The notes: a model not told the origin generated them from the sequence alone. DNA of 63,986 nt, filler included, from Intoshia linei (GCA_001642005.1; 4 parts of 4 records of this genome joined end to end with filler, not necessarily neighbours in it), one strand, 5' to 3'; counted from the whole stretch's first letter, positions 13,301 through 27,102 are shown. Numbers and translations are program-made.

Positions 13301-16300
13301 ATTATCACTATTTGTAGTTCACCTAGATTACTATATTATTTATTTTCAGCATAGAGTTGTCTGGCCATGATACCCTATACCTTTTAAATGGGGTTGATAT
13401 CTGGAGAGAGAGCAGGCCACTCCATAATTTCAGTAAAATGATTATTTAAAAATGTTTTTGTTAAGCGAGACGTGTGAAAACTGGCATTATCTTGTTGACA
13501 CACTAAATTTTTCTTCAATTCGTCGCTAGTAGGAAGAATATGGATGAGGTTTTTCTCTAAAATACTTTGGTATTTCATTGAATTTATATTACCGTTAACT
13601 TTGACAATACACTTAATACCTTCGCTGGAGAAAGCCCCACAAATCATAATACCTCCTCCACCAAACATTCCAGTCACTCTTTCAGGAATTTTATCACTCA
13701 AATCATGCCAATAATAATTGTAATAAACTGGTTCATTCAAATTAAATATTGTTTCGTCTGTCCAAATGATATATTTTGTATTTATTTTTTTCTTAAGATA
13801 AGCCTTTGCCCATTTTACTCTTGCGAACTTGTGCCTTGGAAGAATTTGAAGTTTTGGTTTAGATCCAACTAGAGTAATACTTGGGCTTGCTTTGGCCACA
13901 TTTTGAGCCGAAGATTTATACACTTTTAATCCTTTTAGGGTCACAATTGCAGCAACACCCCTTACTCCTTGTGCAGGATTAGATTTCATTTCATTTATGA
14001 TCGTCCTTTTTATTCTATCAGAGAGTCTAGACTTAGCACCAGATCTTTTTCTTTCATCGTTATATCCTTAGTATCACTTAATATGATCTAACAATATGGA
14101 ATGATCTATTTGTTGAAAAATTAAGGATTAAACGATCAGCTATTTTTTATAATACCTGCGCTTTTGATTATCACAGTATTTTGCTCCAATAATAAAAAAT
14201 TTTTCGTTTTCTGACAATTTAAGACCTTTAGGCATATTCTATCTTAATAAAAAATATAAAATTCATAATAATTGTATACATACTATGTAATTATAGTTTA
14301 ATTATGATTAGCGTTGTTATAATTGTGAACACGTTATTTAATGTGATTTTAACTATTTTATTAATAACTTTTTTAATTTTAGTTTTTTCAAAAATATTTT
14401 TTTACGATGACAATGCTTATATGGCATGTCAATTTTCAAAAAAATATATTGACGAATAAGGAAGCTGTCACAATATCATGTCGTCTTTAAAATTAGTGGA
14501 CGGAGTGTACATAACAGTCAAAGTAGCGATATAAACTTATATTTTTAATTTATAGAAATCGGGTCATTTGTTTGATTCTCTATATTCAAAAACTGAAAAT
14601 TCTAATAATGATTTAAAGAACAAGTAATTAATAATTTGAAATGATATTTTAAAAATTGAAATGTATAGTTAAGCGTGGGTGTTGAGACCATTAAATATAA
14701 ACCATGAAAACTTACCACAATGTTGTTTCTGCAAAAAATAAATTTAATTTAAATTTTTCTACACTATTTTCAAAAGAATATTTAAAATTATGAACGCAAC
14801 TCGGATAAGAATCATTAGATATTTTTAATTGCGACATACTGCTTCTCTTTTAAAAATACACACATTGATTACTAATCGCGCATTTAATTCTAAAAATTTA
14901 CAAAAATGTGACACCCTAATGAGCATGTAGTTAGAATTTATAATCTACTTTGTTTATTTTATTATTTCATATTCACTATATTAGAAAAATGCAGTGCATT
15001 GAATTTTATTTGGGACCGAATGAATTTAAATATGATGGTTCAATTTATGACAAATTTAAGGTAAACTTTTATCATGATTGCTAGATTAATATTTAGCTGT
15101 AAGTGTATTACTTTCTTTTAATATTTTTGATATTAATATTATTATTATAATATTATTAATATTTATTATTTTAATATTAATACTGAAGATTTAAAATGCT
15201 CCCGAGAAAATTTGAACCGATTTAAAGAATGTGATAATTGTTAGTTTTAAAAATATAATAGAAATAGTACTAGAAACCTGAATGATCAATCCATTGGTTA
15301 CTGATATAACTCCACTGTCATGAAATATCAAGCAGAATTTTTCCAATTCAAAAATGAAACATTTTTTGTATTTTTCAAAGAAGGTGAATACATAAAAATG
15401 TTCGTGCCCTTGTACAATATAGAAAATGTCGAGAAATCGTTATTTTTAACCTTCTCTTTAACTCTTCATATCCTATAGATTCTACTTTTAGTTTAACTGT
15501 AAATATAATCACTATCAATAGAATCTTTGACTTTTTCACTTCATTAACTCATGTGATAGATAGGGATAATAAACTGTTTTATTTCATATACAGTCAAACC
15601 TATCAATACCACCATTTTAGTTTTTCGATATTTATGGCGGTCTTGAGACTATAAAGTTGTGGCGATTAGATCATGGATACGCTTAATATGTATTAATAAG
15701 CATTCATATAGTAAAATAAAGTTCCGGTCCAACAAACGTGTTTTTGTGTGTAGTTGTAAATTTAATTGGGGTTTGGTAAGTTATAATTAAAATTATATTA
15801 ATAATTTCGATAACAGTTTATATTACAATATTTATAATATTAAATTAAGGAGTTAACTCATTTAATCAAATTTCTTTTTTAAGTATTTTAAAATTGTTGC
15901 GGTATTGAGATATCTAAATCTCTATATCTAAAGTTATTATAAATTTAGCAAATTTCTTTGAATATGGATATTATTAACAAAGAAACTGAAATAACTAGCC
16001 CAATATGTATTGTAATTATTTTTTTATAATAATGTTAATTTATCTACAATTCACTATAGTATTTAAATGTGTTTAGTGTATTTTTAAATAAACTCAACAG
16101 TTTTTGAAGAAAAATAATGTAAAAATAAAATGACCATTAAAATAATATTTCGTACATATAATATATACAATAGGGCAGCCCTGTCAAATCAATCCGTGTC
16201 GGGCCGCACCATAAAAATTTTCCTGGCATCACCTTTGGATTCCCTGTAAATGTCAATCAATTATCAATATTTATTTGAAATGACGTTTAATTTACATGGG

Positions 16301-19300
16301 CTAAACAGAAATAGTGGACTTTTTAAATATAATCATATGTGTTATATGTAGGCGATTTTATTTCAATCCATAAAAACAAAAAAATTTAACTTACAAATCA
16401 AATTTATTTAACTTTATTAATTTTTGGAAAAAAAATTCACGTGGTGTTGTTTTTTTTGTTAAATTTTTTTCTAAGCAGGGATGAAATCTCTTATTCGCCA
16501 TAATAATATATAAATTTTAAAACATAATTGTATTGCCATTATTAGATAGTTGTTGTAGAATAAATACTATCAAATTCAGGGTTTCATAACCTTTTTTAAT
16601 TTTAGTACCCGTTAGTCATATCCACTATTTCTAATATACCTGTAAAAAATAGAAAAGTGGTTTCCTAGATGCAAAAGGTTTCTGATCCCTAATTTAAGTC
16701 TTAATAAAGATGTATAAAAAGAGTATTATTTGTTATAGTACAAAATCAAATATTTTTTAATATTATCTTTTAAAAAGTTTCTTTGTTTTTAATTATTTTT
16801 AATTGTATCATCAAGGTGACTGTTATGTAATACGTATAAACAGCACCTAGCTCTGCCGAGGGCACATTTTTTTAATTTATTAGAGCTATTTTCAGTTTTT
16901 TAATTACATTAATAAAATAATTACTTAAAAATTAATTTTTTTTCTAAATGAGTGAAATTACATAATTTATATTTTTATTATCAACAAAAAGATTAGATAT
17001 AAGACATACTTTCATCTTATTACTTATTAAGTTAAGTTAATAATGAACGTTTATTGAGTTTAAACTTTTTTAAGGTATAAAAATTATGTATTTTAATATA
17101 TAAATTATGATAGAATTTTTAACAGATACTAACGATGTCTAAAAGAAGACGATAAAATGACGATTACGCAGATTACGATTTGGTTTTACCTGTCGTAAAG
17201 ATGCAGATGAAACCGAAAAACCTCAGTGCATTTACTTTTCTACGTTTTATGCAATAATAACATGAACCCAAGCCGCCTACGTAATCATAAGAATGTAAAA
17301 CACTCAAAAATCATTGACAGTGTTGAACTTATCGCTCGAAAAAGAAGACGTTTGGATATAGGTGGAACAGTTGATAAATTTATCATTTCTTCTCAATGTA
17401 ACAAAATTTTAGATGAATAATATCATGTTGCTTATATGATTTCTAAACAAAAAAAGACTCATACCATCGTATAATTTACTTCCTCTTGATTTTTATTTTT
17501 GATAAATGACCATAAGACTTACCATAATTAGCATCTTGCTCATTTCAAAATATGACTTGGGCAACACTGGTATATACAATAAATCATTTAATGTTGATTA
17601 CTTCAAATTTGCTATTAGATAGGAATGCAATTGTCTATGTGAAAAGCAAACTACTGTATTTTTAAGCATATTTCTACTGCTGCTTCAGTAATTGTCAATT
17701 TTATGACTATATTTCATAAAACTTTATGAATTGGAAAATTAATCTCTTCACTTTTCATATCTATCATTTTCAAGTTATTTCAGTTACATTATTTTTGAAG
17801 AGATTCACTTTATTGTCGGGTAAAATGGCAGATTCCCATAAAAAAACAAATTTCAGTTTTATGTACTTTTTTTATCATACTCAAAAAGTGAAGAAAGTAA
17901 AATGAAAACTTACATAGACTATTTCCGAGAGTACTGGAATTAACAATGCCCCATCTATGGCTCCAAATATTTCTTATATTGTCAATGATATCTTTATTTA
18001 CTACACCCGATAAATCTATCATTCAATTATTTAACATTATTTTAAAACAATTAATCAAATTTAATTTAATTTAATTTAATTTATCAATTGATAGGTATGA
18101 TGTTTGTATTCATGGCATTCATGTATTTTTTTAAAAATTGAGATTGATTATCATTATTTAAAATATCGTGATTTATTTGGGGATCACGGAATTGTTTTTT
18201 TATCACTAAAATTGTCGTCAATATTCAATCTTTTAAGTTCTATTTCTATATTTGATCTTATTATTTTTTTAGGCAATAATGGAAAAATAGTGTCCCTCAT
18301 ATTTCTAAAATCATTTAGATATGATATAATAGAATTTTTTTATACTAAGTGATGTATATCGTTTAAAAATAGTCATAAAATTTTAATGAAATAGATGTAT
18401 TAATTGATTTAAGTTTTTTAAGTAGAAATTGCATAGATGATTCTGCATCAAAAACATTAGTATTTTTAGAGCATATATTTTTTGTAACAACTTCTATACG
18501 ACTTAAAACATCTATAAGATGTTGTAAAGTAGTTAATTGTATACGTTAATTCAATTACTCTGAGAGCTCTATGTATACAATTATTTAGTGTATAAACCGT
18601 GTTATCATAGGTAATAGACTATTCCATCTAATTTTAATGTCGATTAATAGATTTATTTCTTTACCAAATTCGCCATAAATGCAAATCTTGCAATTTTTGT
18701 TTTTAATCGAGGATTTTCTAAAAATTTTACTAATTGGTCTTACTTTATCTATATTTTTATAGTTTTCGTTTAATTCAAGATTAGTTATGTTTTCAATATA
18801 TTCGAAAGCGTCAAATTCTTCCACATCGATGTCTTCACTTTCAGCATCTGAATCCGAAAGATTATCATGATTTGAGGTGTATAGTGTATCACTTATCGCT
18901 AAATGGATTGTGTGAGCTATACAGATTTTGTGGTTTATTATCTTTTTGAAATTTAACCATAACTGACGCTTCATCTGTTGTACATCCAACTATGTGTTTA
19001 GATAAATATTGAATTCTTTTAATTTTTTGGAAAGTATTTTAATCAGTTTAGCACTACAAATTGATCCATTTAATTTCATAAGACCCAATGACCAATATTT
19101 TGCTTTCTTATGAACATTAATGTTTACATTCATTACATGGTTATTGTATGTATCATTTTTTTTAATGGAAGTGTACTCATCTAGGACTAGGGAATACCTA
19201 GTGCCCAATTCAATTTGTTCTTTAAAATATTTTTGTTGTTTTTTTGTCAGCAGCAAATCTCAGAATAATATTTTTTACGGAAGAAAGACTCTTTGGTGGT

Positions 19301-21346
19301 AAATTATCATAATTATATTTTTTATAAGATTCCTGAATGAATAAACTTTTGGCTATAACATTAAACCTTAATCCATTTTTAAAAGCTAGTCACGCAACAT
19401 CTTCATCTTTAGATCTTTTTGCTAAATAATTATATACGATTGGTTGATTTGAATTTTTATTGTCACGAGTGATATTATGTACAACCTTTAAATGGTATGA
19501 TAAAGATGAGATAGAACCACCACCACATTTAATTTTTTTGGAACACGCAGTACATGTGGCTTCACCATTGATTTCTTTTAAGAAATATAGAATTAAATTA
19601 ACCGGTTATCAACACTAGCACTAATACGAAATATAAAAAAGTTTAAAAACGATATGTAACGATCCGAAGTTTGTGTTCGGTCGGATCGTTTTGCAGAACT
19701 ATAACATAGACAACTTTAACAACGTCTGGTTTATGTTATAAGAATATAATTAATAATTACTTTAAATGATTTATATCTTTTAGAACTGCATTGAAAATGT
19801 ATGCTCACTACTTGAAGGTGAAATAAAAGCTGCAAAAAACCAAAACAACATATACAAGTAATAGATATTAGGATTGTAGCTAAAATTTTTATATAAAAAA
19901 TACACCCACTCACTCTATTAATAATTTTAATTTTTATTAATTTTCATCTAATATTGGCTTACCAATAATTCAAATAAAGTTGGTTATGCAGTCCCAAACC
20001 ATAATTTCAGGGGGTCTCGCCAAAATGTTAGTAACATTTGCGCCTCTGTTTAATTACATGTATAATAGTATAATTCAATATAATAATTTAATTAAATTGG
20101 ATAATGCTTATGATTTTAAAAACTATCCCAGAATTTATGTTTTATAAAATTTTAGTACGTTTCATTTTTAAGACAAAGAGTAATTTATGGTTTTGACCAT
20201 TAAGGTATGTTTTTCTGAGGCTGAGATTTCCAACAATTTTTATATCACTTATCTACTACATATTATTATTAACAGTCCATTAAACAGTGTTAAACATCTT
20301 ATTTTACGATGGATGTATGATTTCACATTACATTATTATAACACATTCATTTTAGATCATATATTGACCATTTAACTGCTTTGCAAAATGAAAAAAGCTT
20401 GGATCAATTGGAAATCGAATATGATGAGGTGAATTAATTGTAGCATAAATTGTGAGCAACATTAAATAAAATGTGCAAATAGTACGGATATAAGGTTGTT
20501 ATGGTGAATATATTTACAAATGCATATATATGTTGCATATAATGTGTATTATTATTATTAAGTTGACTACTACACAGAAAATATATTAAAATTTAGACAT
20601 TAGAAATTTCTAAGCAGATCATTATTCATTTATATTTATTTTTATAGAAAAATATTTTAGAATGGTTTTATTTGAAACATCTGATGACTTTATCATTTTG
20701 CTTTACAATAAGTATAAATTTTATTTAACCCTTTCACTGTCTGGAATTTATTAATTTTTATTCAAATTAGCCCTAAGTCGACGGTATATTAATCTATACT
20801 TACTGAATGAATGTTTGACTTCAGCTTCATTGAAAGCTTCATGAAATTTTAATTTAAATTTAGTCGTTATGTTATACAAATTGTTGAGTTATATGGTAGA
20901 CACAAAAAAGAGAGTAAATTTTTAAAATTTCGAGAACTATAAAATGAAAAACAACATAGTTTCACATTCCGAAAAATCAAAACATTTTTATTAAAACGAG
21001 CAGATGTCAATTATTATTGAGTAAAAGAGCATTTCGATGACTTTACTCGCTTTTCTCTACTCTAATAATAATATAAAATAATTATCCAAAATGTTAGTGA
21101 TCAACCGTTATTTTGAGTTGTATTGATAACATTTAATCACGAAATGATTTTGTTTTGAACATTTTCATCCAAAGGATGTGATTTATATTCTTTTATTGAA
21201 TATTTTACAAATACTATTTAGTTACAAAAAGAAAATGTACTATTATGCACAGATCTAGATAAATTTGAAAAAGAATGGGATGATGTTCAAAATGATATAC
21301 AGAAAGAGTTAGCTATTAAAAAAGAGAATGATAAAAAGTTGAAAAG
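10331..21346 (+). CDS. BECN1: Beclin-1/Atg6 (5' part; rest of coiled coil and BARA domain not found)
   Basis: Exons 10331-10466, 10511-10548, 14556-14623, 14985-15060, 15949-16011, 19784-19857, 20356-20428, 21222-21346; all GT-AG with matching phases. Spliced protein has IICQKCKLPLD (Beclin CQRCxxPL), MDIINKETEITSPICINCIE (FDIMSGQTDVDHPLCEEC), then coiled coil YKSYIDHL...YDELQKENVLLCTDLDKFEKE. Confidence 0.85.
11005..11290 (+). mobile_element. Decayed hAT transposase N-terminal fragment (Beclin intron 2)
   Basis: Frameshifted pieces CLICEK...AERHFLTKH (zinc finger) and AYKIAMTLAKHCKPL, resembling SYxVAxxIAKxxKPF of Buster/SPIN-type hATs. Confidence 0.55.
11829..11986. mobile_element. 158-bp MITE with perfect 7-bp TSD (hATw-like)
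   Basis: TIRs TAAAGTGGCCAGAAAAA / TTTTTCTGGCCACTTTA; flanks CCTTTAC at 11822-11828 and 11987-11993. Truncated copies at ~23202-23320(+) and ~30270-30347(-). Confidence 0.8.
12096..12172 (-). ncRNA. tRNA-like Pol III element (pseudo-tRNA or SINE head)
   Basis: Minus strand GATGTCTAAC-TGGCAGAGTGG (A box)...GGTTCGAATC (B box)-AAGAT-TTGGACATC. The ends form a 9-bp stem; no proper anticodon arm. Confidence 0.6.
12937..14507 (-). mobile_element. Full-length but inactivated Tc1-like transposon with ~200-bp TIRs (Beclin intron 2)
   Basis: TIRs start CACTCCGTCCACT at both ends, with TA at the right flank. Transposase from ATG 14235 has WTDET, QQDNASFH, WPALSPDINPI*; the catalytic Glu position is a TAA stop and other disruptions are present. 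Confidence 0.9.
16880..17470 (+). mobile_element. Buster/ZBED5-like hAT 5' fragment
   Basis: MSKRRR*NDDY...FGFTCRKDA..EKPQCIY...PSRLRNHKNVKH; an inverted related copy lies at 21900-22537. Confidence 0.75.
18100..19617 (-). mobile_element. Decayed BED-finger hAT transposon
   Basis: Terminus TAGTGTTG at 19617; fragments YSLVLDEYTS...NINVH...WSLGL, ICIAHTIHLAISD, IRWNSLLPMITRF. Confidence 0.8.
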
Positions 21347-21899
21347 GTATGTTATGTGATATTGATCTTTTATTAATTATAACTTATGGGATTTAAAACA
21401 AGTAATCGGTTCACGCGATGCATTAATCATCAAATCTTTTAGTTGAATAAATCATATAGTACAGAGTTTCTGAACCGGCATTCTATACAGGATCTGCAAT
21501 CTATTTTGATAAATTTGCAACTTGTAATTTATTTGATCTCTTTCATCTTTTACAAATTGTAATGTACAAAGTTGCATTCCACAAAGACATAACAATATAC
21601 ATTACATCTAAAAACCATGACATAAGCTTCTTCTCACCATATACCGCGGAATTTAATCTTGTGTAAACACTATAAACTATTTTCAGCAATTATAACTGAT
21701 TTTTCATTTAGATTTAATATTCATAAATTTGATGAAATCTGCCGTTGCAATGTTTTATTTTTTTTACAATAAAACCAAAATTTAAACTAGATTTAAGAAA
21801 AATTACCTTATGAAATGTACCTAATCATAAAAAATTATTGTTCAATTTAATGGGTAAATTTTTTAGAGTAGAAAATCCAGTTTCATAAAACAACAAAAG

Positions 21900-22537
21900 G
21901 AATTATTACTTCAAGGGCCTTTTCAGCCAAAGTTTGATAGATATTGATTGATACACCAAAAATCATATCATAATCAAATCAGTGTATATCGAAACGTGTT
22001 TTTTTCGAGGAACAACTTCAACACTGTCATTGATTTTTGAGTGTTTTATATTCTTATGATTACGTAGACGGCTTGGCTTTATGCCATTATTGCATCAAAC
22101 GGTCGAACAGTAAATGCACTGAGGTTTTTCGGTTCCACCTGCATCTTTACGACAGGTGAAACCAAATTCTACGTAATCATCATTCCATTGTCTTCTTTTG
22201 GACATCTTTAGAATACGTTAACAATTCTATGATAATTTATATATTAAAATACATAAATTTGTATACCTTAGCATAGTTGAAAATACAAAATTAATTTAAT
22301 TATAATTATTTAATGGTTGTGAATAAATTCAATGATCAATTAACGCTCAATAAGTAATAGCTAGAGTAATCAGAAAGTCGTTGATTTGTCAATCAATTTG
22401 ATATTGAAAATAGTTGCAATTAAAAAAATTAGCTAATTACTTTATTAATGTGATTAAAAAAAAACTGAAAATAGCTCTGTGCACCCAAAAATTGATTATA
22501 CACCCAAGGGGTGCATGCAGCCGGTTAAGAACCACTT
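21900..22537 (-). mobile_element. Buster-like hAT 5' fragment (inverted paralog of 16880-17470)
   Basis: MSKRRQWNDDYVEFGFTCRKDAGGTEKPQCIYCS; terminus-like AAGTGGTTCTTAACC near 22537. Confidence 0.75.
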
Positions 22538-22544
22538 CTTTAGA

Positions 22545-23200
22545 CGATGAATTGTATTTAACAGGTAACTACGTTTTTTAAACAACGAAAATTTTTAGAC
22601 TTTCCTAATATTAGTAGTTTCAATTTATGTTAACAATCACTGTTGATACATGCCATCGTAATCCATCGACTTTTGTCTGTTTTTGATCCTTAAACTCATT
22701 TGTTCATTTGAATGTGATAACGTGCTCCGATATAATTTTTTCCAGTAAAATGCCGTTTCGTCAGCATATTTGAGAATGGTTTAATTTCATTTCAGTCATT
22801 ATTCGACCTCAATTATCTATAAAAATTTCTATTCCACTAACATCAGCCGATAATGACTCCACCGGCGCAATGTCTTAAAATTATATTATGTCTTTTTTTG
22901 AAGTTATATAGCCATCCTATACTAGCACTAAACGACTGTGCTGTATATTAAATATCATTAAAATACTTTGCCTCCTCTAAAATTATAAAATCATTAGTCA
23001 ATACAGATCGGCATCTCCATTCATATAGATTAAGGCTTCCTCATTCTTTGAAAACAATTGTTTTTCAAGTTTTTACATTGCTTAGTTCGGCCTTATGAGT
23101 ATTTTAAGGAATTGTTCGACTGTATTGAAACGACATTTGAGGTGCTTTCATTCTATTGTCAATATCATTTAAGATTTCTATCTTTTGTGAAACGTTTAAA
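22545..23200 (-). mobile_element. Decayed pogo/Tigger transposase
   Basis: Minus-strand fragments QKIEIL, ADETAFYWKK, LILGKSKNFRCLKN, matching the Tigger motifs NADETGLFWK and IGKSKxPRCFK. Confidence 0.65.
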
Positions 23201-23389
23201 TTAAAGTGGCCAGAAAAATACGTACTATCACTTTTAGTTTATTTGATATAAATATTAAGCCGAAAATTTTTATTTGTCATCATAGATAAGTATTTTTGGC
23301 TTTACATTTATCACCAAATAATCATTAGTCATTAGTTGCTTGAGAAAAGTGGATTAAATCTATGAAACATTTAGTGTTCCATATTCCAT

Positions 23390-25305
23390 TCAATGATGAA
23401 AATAGTACACAAGGCCAACAATACATTCAGGAGGTATTTGTGTTAATGATACTTGTAATTCGTCATCCAACATTTTTAAGCTTCCTCGTTTGTAAGATTT
23501 AATTAGTAACTTTGCAGAGAATGAAATTTCACATATGTATGTGGTTGAAAACTGTAAAAGTATTTTTAATGCTTTTTTAGCTACAGTAGGGTATATTTTC
23601 GAGACATTTATCCAAAAACTGCTGAAATGTACGTTATTATACATAGCTGATAAACTTCTGTCATTTTTAATATCTATTTATCCTTTTTCCTCAATAGGAC
23701 TAACATTTTTTGCTATTGAGATGAATGGTTTCTAATCCAGTCATAATTCTTTGTATCAATATTGGGAAAATAATGGTGCAATTTACCTTGTAGATCCATT
23801 AAATTATCGACAATTAAAGAAATGATACTATATTTCAAATTACATTCATTGGTTTTTATACACATGGCAAAATTTCTTTCTATATACGCCTTTTCCAGAC
23901 CCCAACTTCTCTTTAAGGGAATGAATTTTATCAACTGAAGTTAATATATTTTCTTCTTTCCCTCACATACTTGCATTTACTTTATTGAGATTATCAAAAA
24001 TATCAGAGAGATTTTCGATTAATATACTTAATTCACTTTGTGCATTATCTTTAAAAAGTACCAGCATCATTTCTCTAAATACATATACACGAGAAAGGAC
24101 ACGTCCCATAAAAAAGCAACGAACATCAGAATTTATAATAAGATTAGAATATGGAGCTCCCATCTCTTCACATATAATAGAGAAAAATCTTGATTTAAGA
24201 GGACTAATTTTAATATAATTAACCATTTAACAACATTATCTATGACTTGTTTTAGATCATTTCCAATAGTCTTGGAAATTAAGACCTCACGATGTATAAA
24301 GCAGTGGGGAGTTATACTATGTGCATTTTAACAGTTTTTGTTAACGATGTAAAATTTTTTAAACAGCCTACCATTATGGGTGGACCGTCTGTACATAATC
24401 CAATACAGTTTTTTCACGACAAACCATTTGATTTCATAAAAGAATCTACAGATTTGAAAATATCTTCTCCTCGCGTTCGCAATAGAATTTGCAGGCAAAA
24501 TAAAAATTGTTCAATTATATTGTCATCAATAATAAATCTTATAAAAACCATTAAGTTTGCTAGACCACTTACATCTCTTGACTCATCCAATTGCAATGCA
24601 AACAGTTTATCATTATCACTAAATTTATCTTTGATTTGCATTTTTTAAGTCTTCGGACATATCTCAAATACGTCTTCCAATTGTATTGTCTGCTAAAGGA
24701 ATTTTTTTAATTTTAGACTTAAATTCAGATCTGAAAATAGTTCGAACAATTGCATAACAAGATTTTTTAATTGTCTTTTCTGCTATTGAGTATGGTTGCT
24801 TATTTTTTGCCATTATTTGAGCAACCAGGTAACTGGCCTCCTGATCTTTATCTGATATTTTCACAGTATTTGTAAAAATTTCACATTACTTTTTGAAACA
24901 TTTTGATAATTAGAAATTTAAATTCTTGATTTTTCTGATAAATTACCATGTTTTGTATGCAAATCACGTGGTAATTTGTTATGTACCATACTTTCATTAG
25001 CAAAAATGTCTCCACAAACTACACACTGTGGACGAGGATTATTTTCGCCATTAAAAAATGTGAAACAAAATCTAATCAAATCGCATTTATATAAACGAGA
25101 TTTAAATTCTTTTTTCATTATTTCAAAAATGTCCGTGAACGATATTAAAAGGTGTATTTGATGTTTTATTTATTAATTATTTTGTAAAATAATCATTTCA
25201 ACAGAATTTTATTTAATCACACTATAATATTTACTTTATTATTTTATAAATTTTAAAAAGTTTGGCCACACAAATGTGTCGTGACACACCGGTTGGAAAG
25301 CACTG
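23390..25305 (-). mobile_element. Decayed Buster/Charlie (ZBED5/SCAND3-like) hAT transposon
   Basis: Terminus CAGTGCTTTCCAACC at 25305; colinear fragments PQCVVC, EASYLVA, ALQLDES, HCFIHRE, LLQFSTTYICEISFS. Confidence 0.9.
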
Positions 25306-25559
25306 GTTTAATGCATTAACACAGCTTGTTCTTGAAGGAACGGCATAATTAGTCACAGTTTTTAAAATCGTTTGCATTTTCTGTAACGAAGTGTGTGTTT
25401 TTATACAAGCCTTTGCAATATCCTGACTACAGTTTTGATACCTGCCCACCATGATGTGCTTGATTCAAGTTTACATCCTTTTGAATTAAATCCACATAAT
25501 TCTCATCACACTCAATACCATTAGTTTTAGATTGTTGTAATTGTGATATAATAAATCTG

Positions 25560-26080
25560 TTTCTCTCTGTCAATTTCCGTTGCAATTATGCTTCTTCACG
25601 TTCCATTTTTCTTTTATATTTACGATTATGGAAATTATCCAGCTTACCAAAAGTCATATTTCTTTCATTCCTCTGATCACGCAGAAAACAAATCTTTGAG
25701 CATGAGAACAAATTAATTTTGCATTTGTGTGTGATATATCGAATAATTTATCCATAATAGTAATACAATTTTCTTCACGGAGTATTTGAGAATTGGATCA
25801 TCTATGTATATTTTTTTTAATAGGCCATAGAGTTGGCAGTATTTCTTTAACTTATTTATAATATAGTTTATATGTTTAATCGGAATCGTACTAGTACTCC
25901 ACAAATCCATAACCTTCATTACAGTTAAATTAACTATTTCAGATTTACGTTTTACTTTTATTATTAACATGATAAAAATAAACCTTCAATACATATCTCA
26001 TTGTCGGAAAATTATAGCAAGCAAAATCTTCCATAACATACCCAAGTAACCATATATTGTCTCTGGATCTTGTTGGTAAC
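25560..26080 (-). mobile_element. Decayed transposase N-terminal fragment, probably hATm-like
   Basis: LWSTSTIP...IINKLKK, LFDI, FLRDQRNERNMTFGKLD pattern; family assigned from recall only. Confidence 0.45.
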
Positions 26081-26194
26081 ATTAAATGGTAGATTAATTT
26101 AATTGAAAAATTAATTACAACTGTTCTATTATTTATTTTTGTTTATAAAGTAGAATTTCAAAAACACCAAAGCATTAACAACATCAGGTGATAT

Positions 26195-27102
26195 TTATGA
26201 TCTTTTCTTAGTTATATAATGACCAGTTATTGAGAACGCCATTTCAGCTTCACAACTGGTAGGTTTAATAAATATAATTGAATGGTAAAATTTATCTAAG
26301 TTGCTTGTTCTTCTTCCTTGATTTTCGAACATAGATATACTACTCCCAAATTTACACATTACTGCCGCACCATCAGTTGTAACACCAATAATTTTATTAC
26401 TTAGATTTATTTTGAATTTAATCAATAATGGATTTAACATTCTGTTGCACATCAAACTATCAAACGATTGTTTTATTAGAATAACACCCAAACATCACGT
26501 TTCATTCTCCGTATCAATGTTTACATTCATATATCGTTTATTCTGCATGGATGTATATTCGTCCATAGTGATAGAAAAGCTCATTCCCTTGTCAAATTTA
26601 TCTTACAATATTATTTTAAGTTCTTCCCTTATATTATGGTAAAACGATAGAATCATTCTTTTTACAGAGTTATGGTAAGTGGGAGGAGTATTGTTATATT
26701 CACTGTTCCGTTTTTTAAAACTCATTTGAATAAAATCGCTTTTTGCTGTTCTATTAAATGAGAAATTATCAATGGCTGCCATTTTGGATAACTCTTCTTA
26801 CATCGATTTTTTAATAACAACAAAATCTATCCTTCGCAATTTTGTTTGGTTTGTATCTTGGTTCAAATTAATATTGTGAACATTTTTAACGTGATAACAT
26901 AATCCACTGTTAGTTCCTGAACATTTTACAATTTTATGGCATTTTGTGCATTCATAGCTTCATTGCTATTTACTAATGTAAAATAATTACATACTTTAGA
27001 TCTTTTATTTGTCATTTTGGCGATAATAAAATAAAGTTAAAAATAAAATAAAAAAATAATAGATATTAAAAATATTCAAAAATTTATCGATTGACAACAC
27101 TA
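26195..27102 (-). mobile_element. Internally deleted BED-finger hAT, related to 18100-19617
   Basis: Terminus TAGTGTTG at 27102; SITMDEYTSMQNKRYMNVN, TTDGAAVM, and KPTSCEAEMAFS (hAT dimerisation region). Confidence 0.8.

Noticed and set aside
15270-15480. Possible minus-strand exon nested in a Beclin intron
   Set aside because: Splice-like ends, but stops in all frames tried and no recognisable motif.
17600-18022. 70-aa minus-strand ORF as a host gene
   Set aside because: Fragmentary with stops nearby; probably a decayed transposase (MULE-like GICHF), family not assignable.
21555-21670. Next Beclin exon
   Set aside because: Translates to VAFHK...FFSPYTAEFNLV*, an IS630/Tc1-type DDE remnant.
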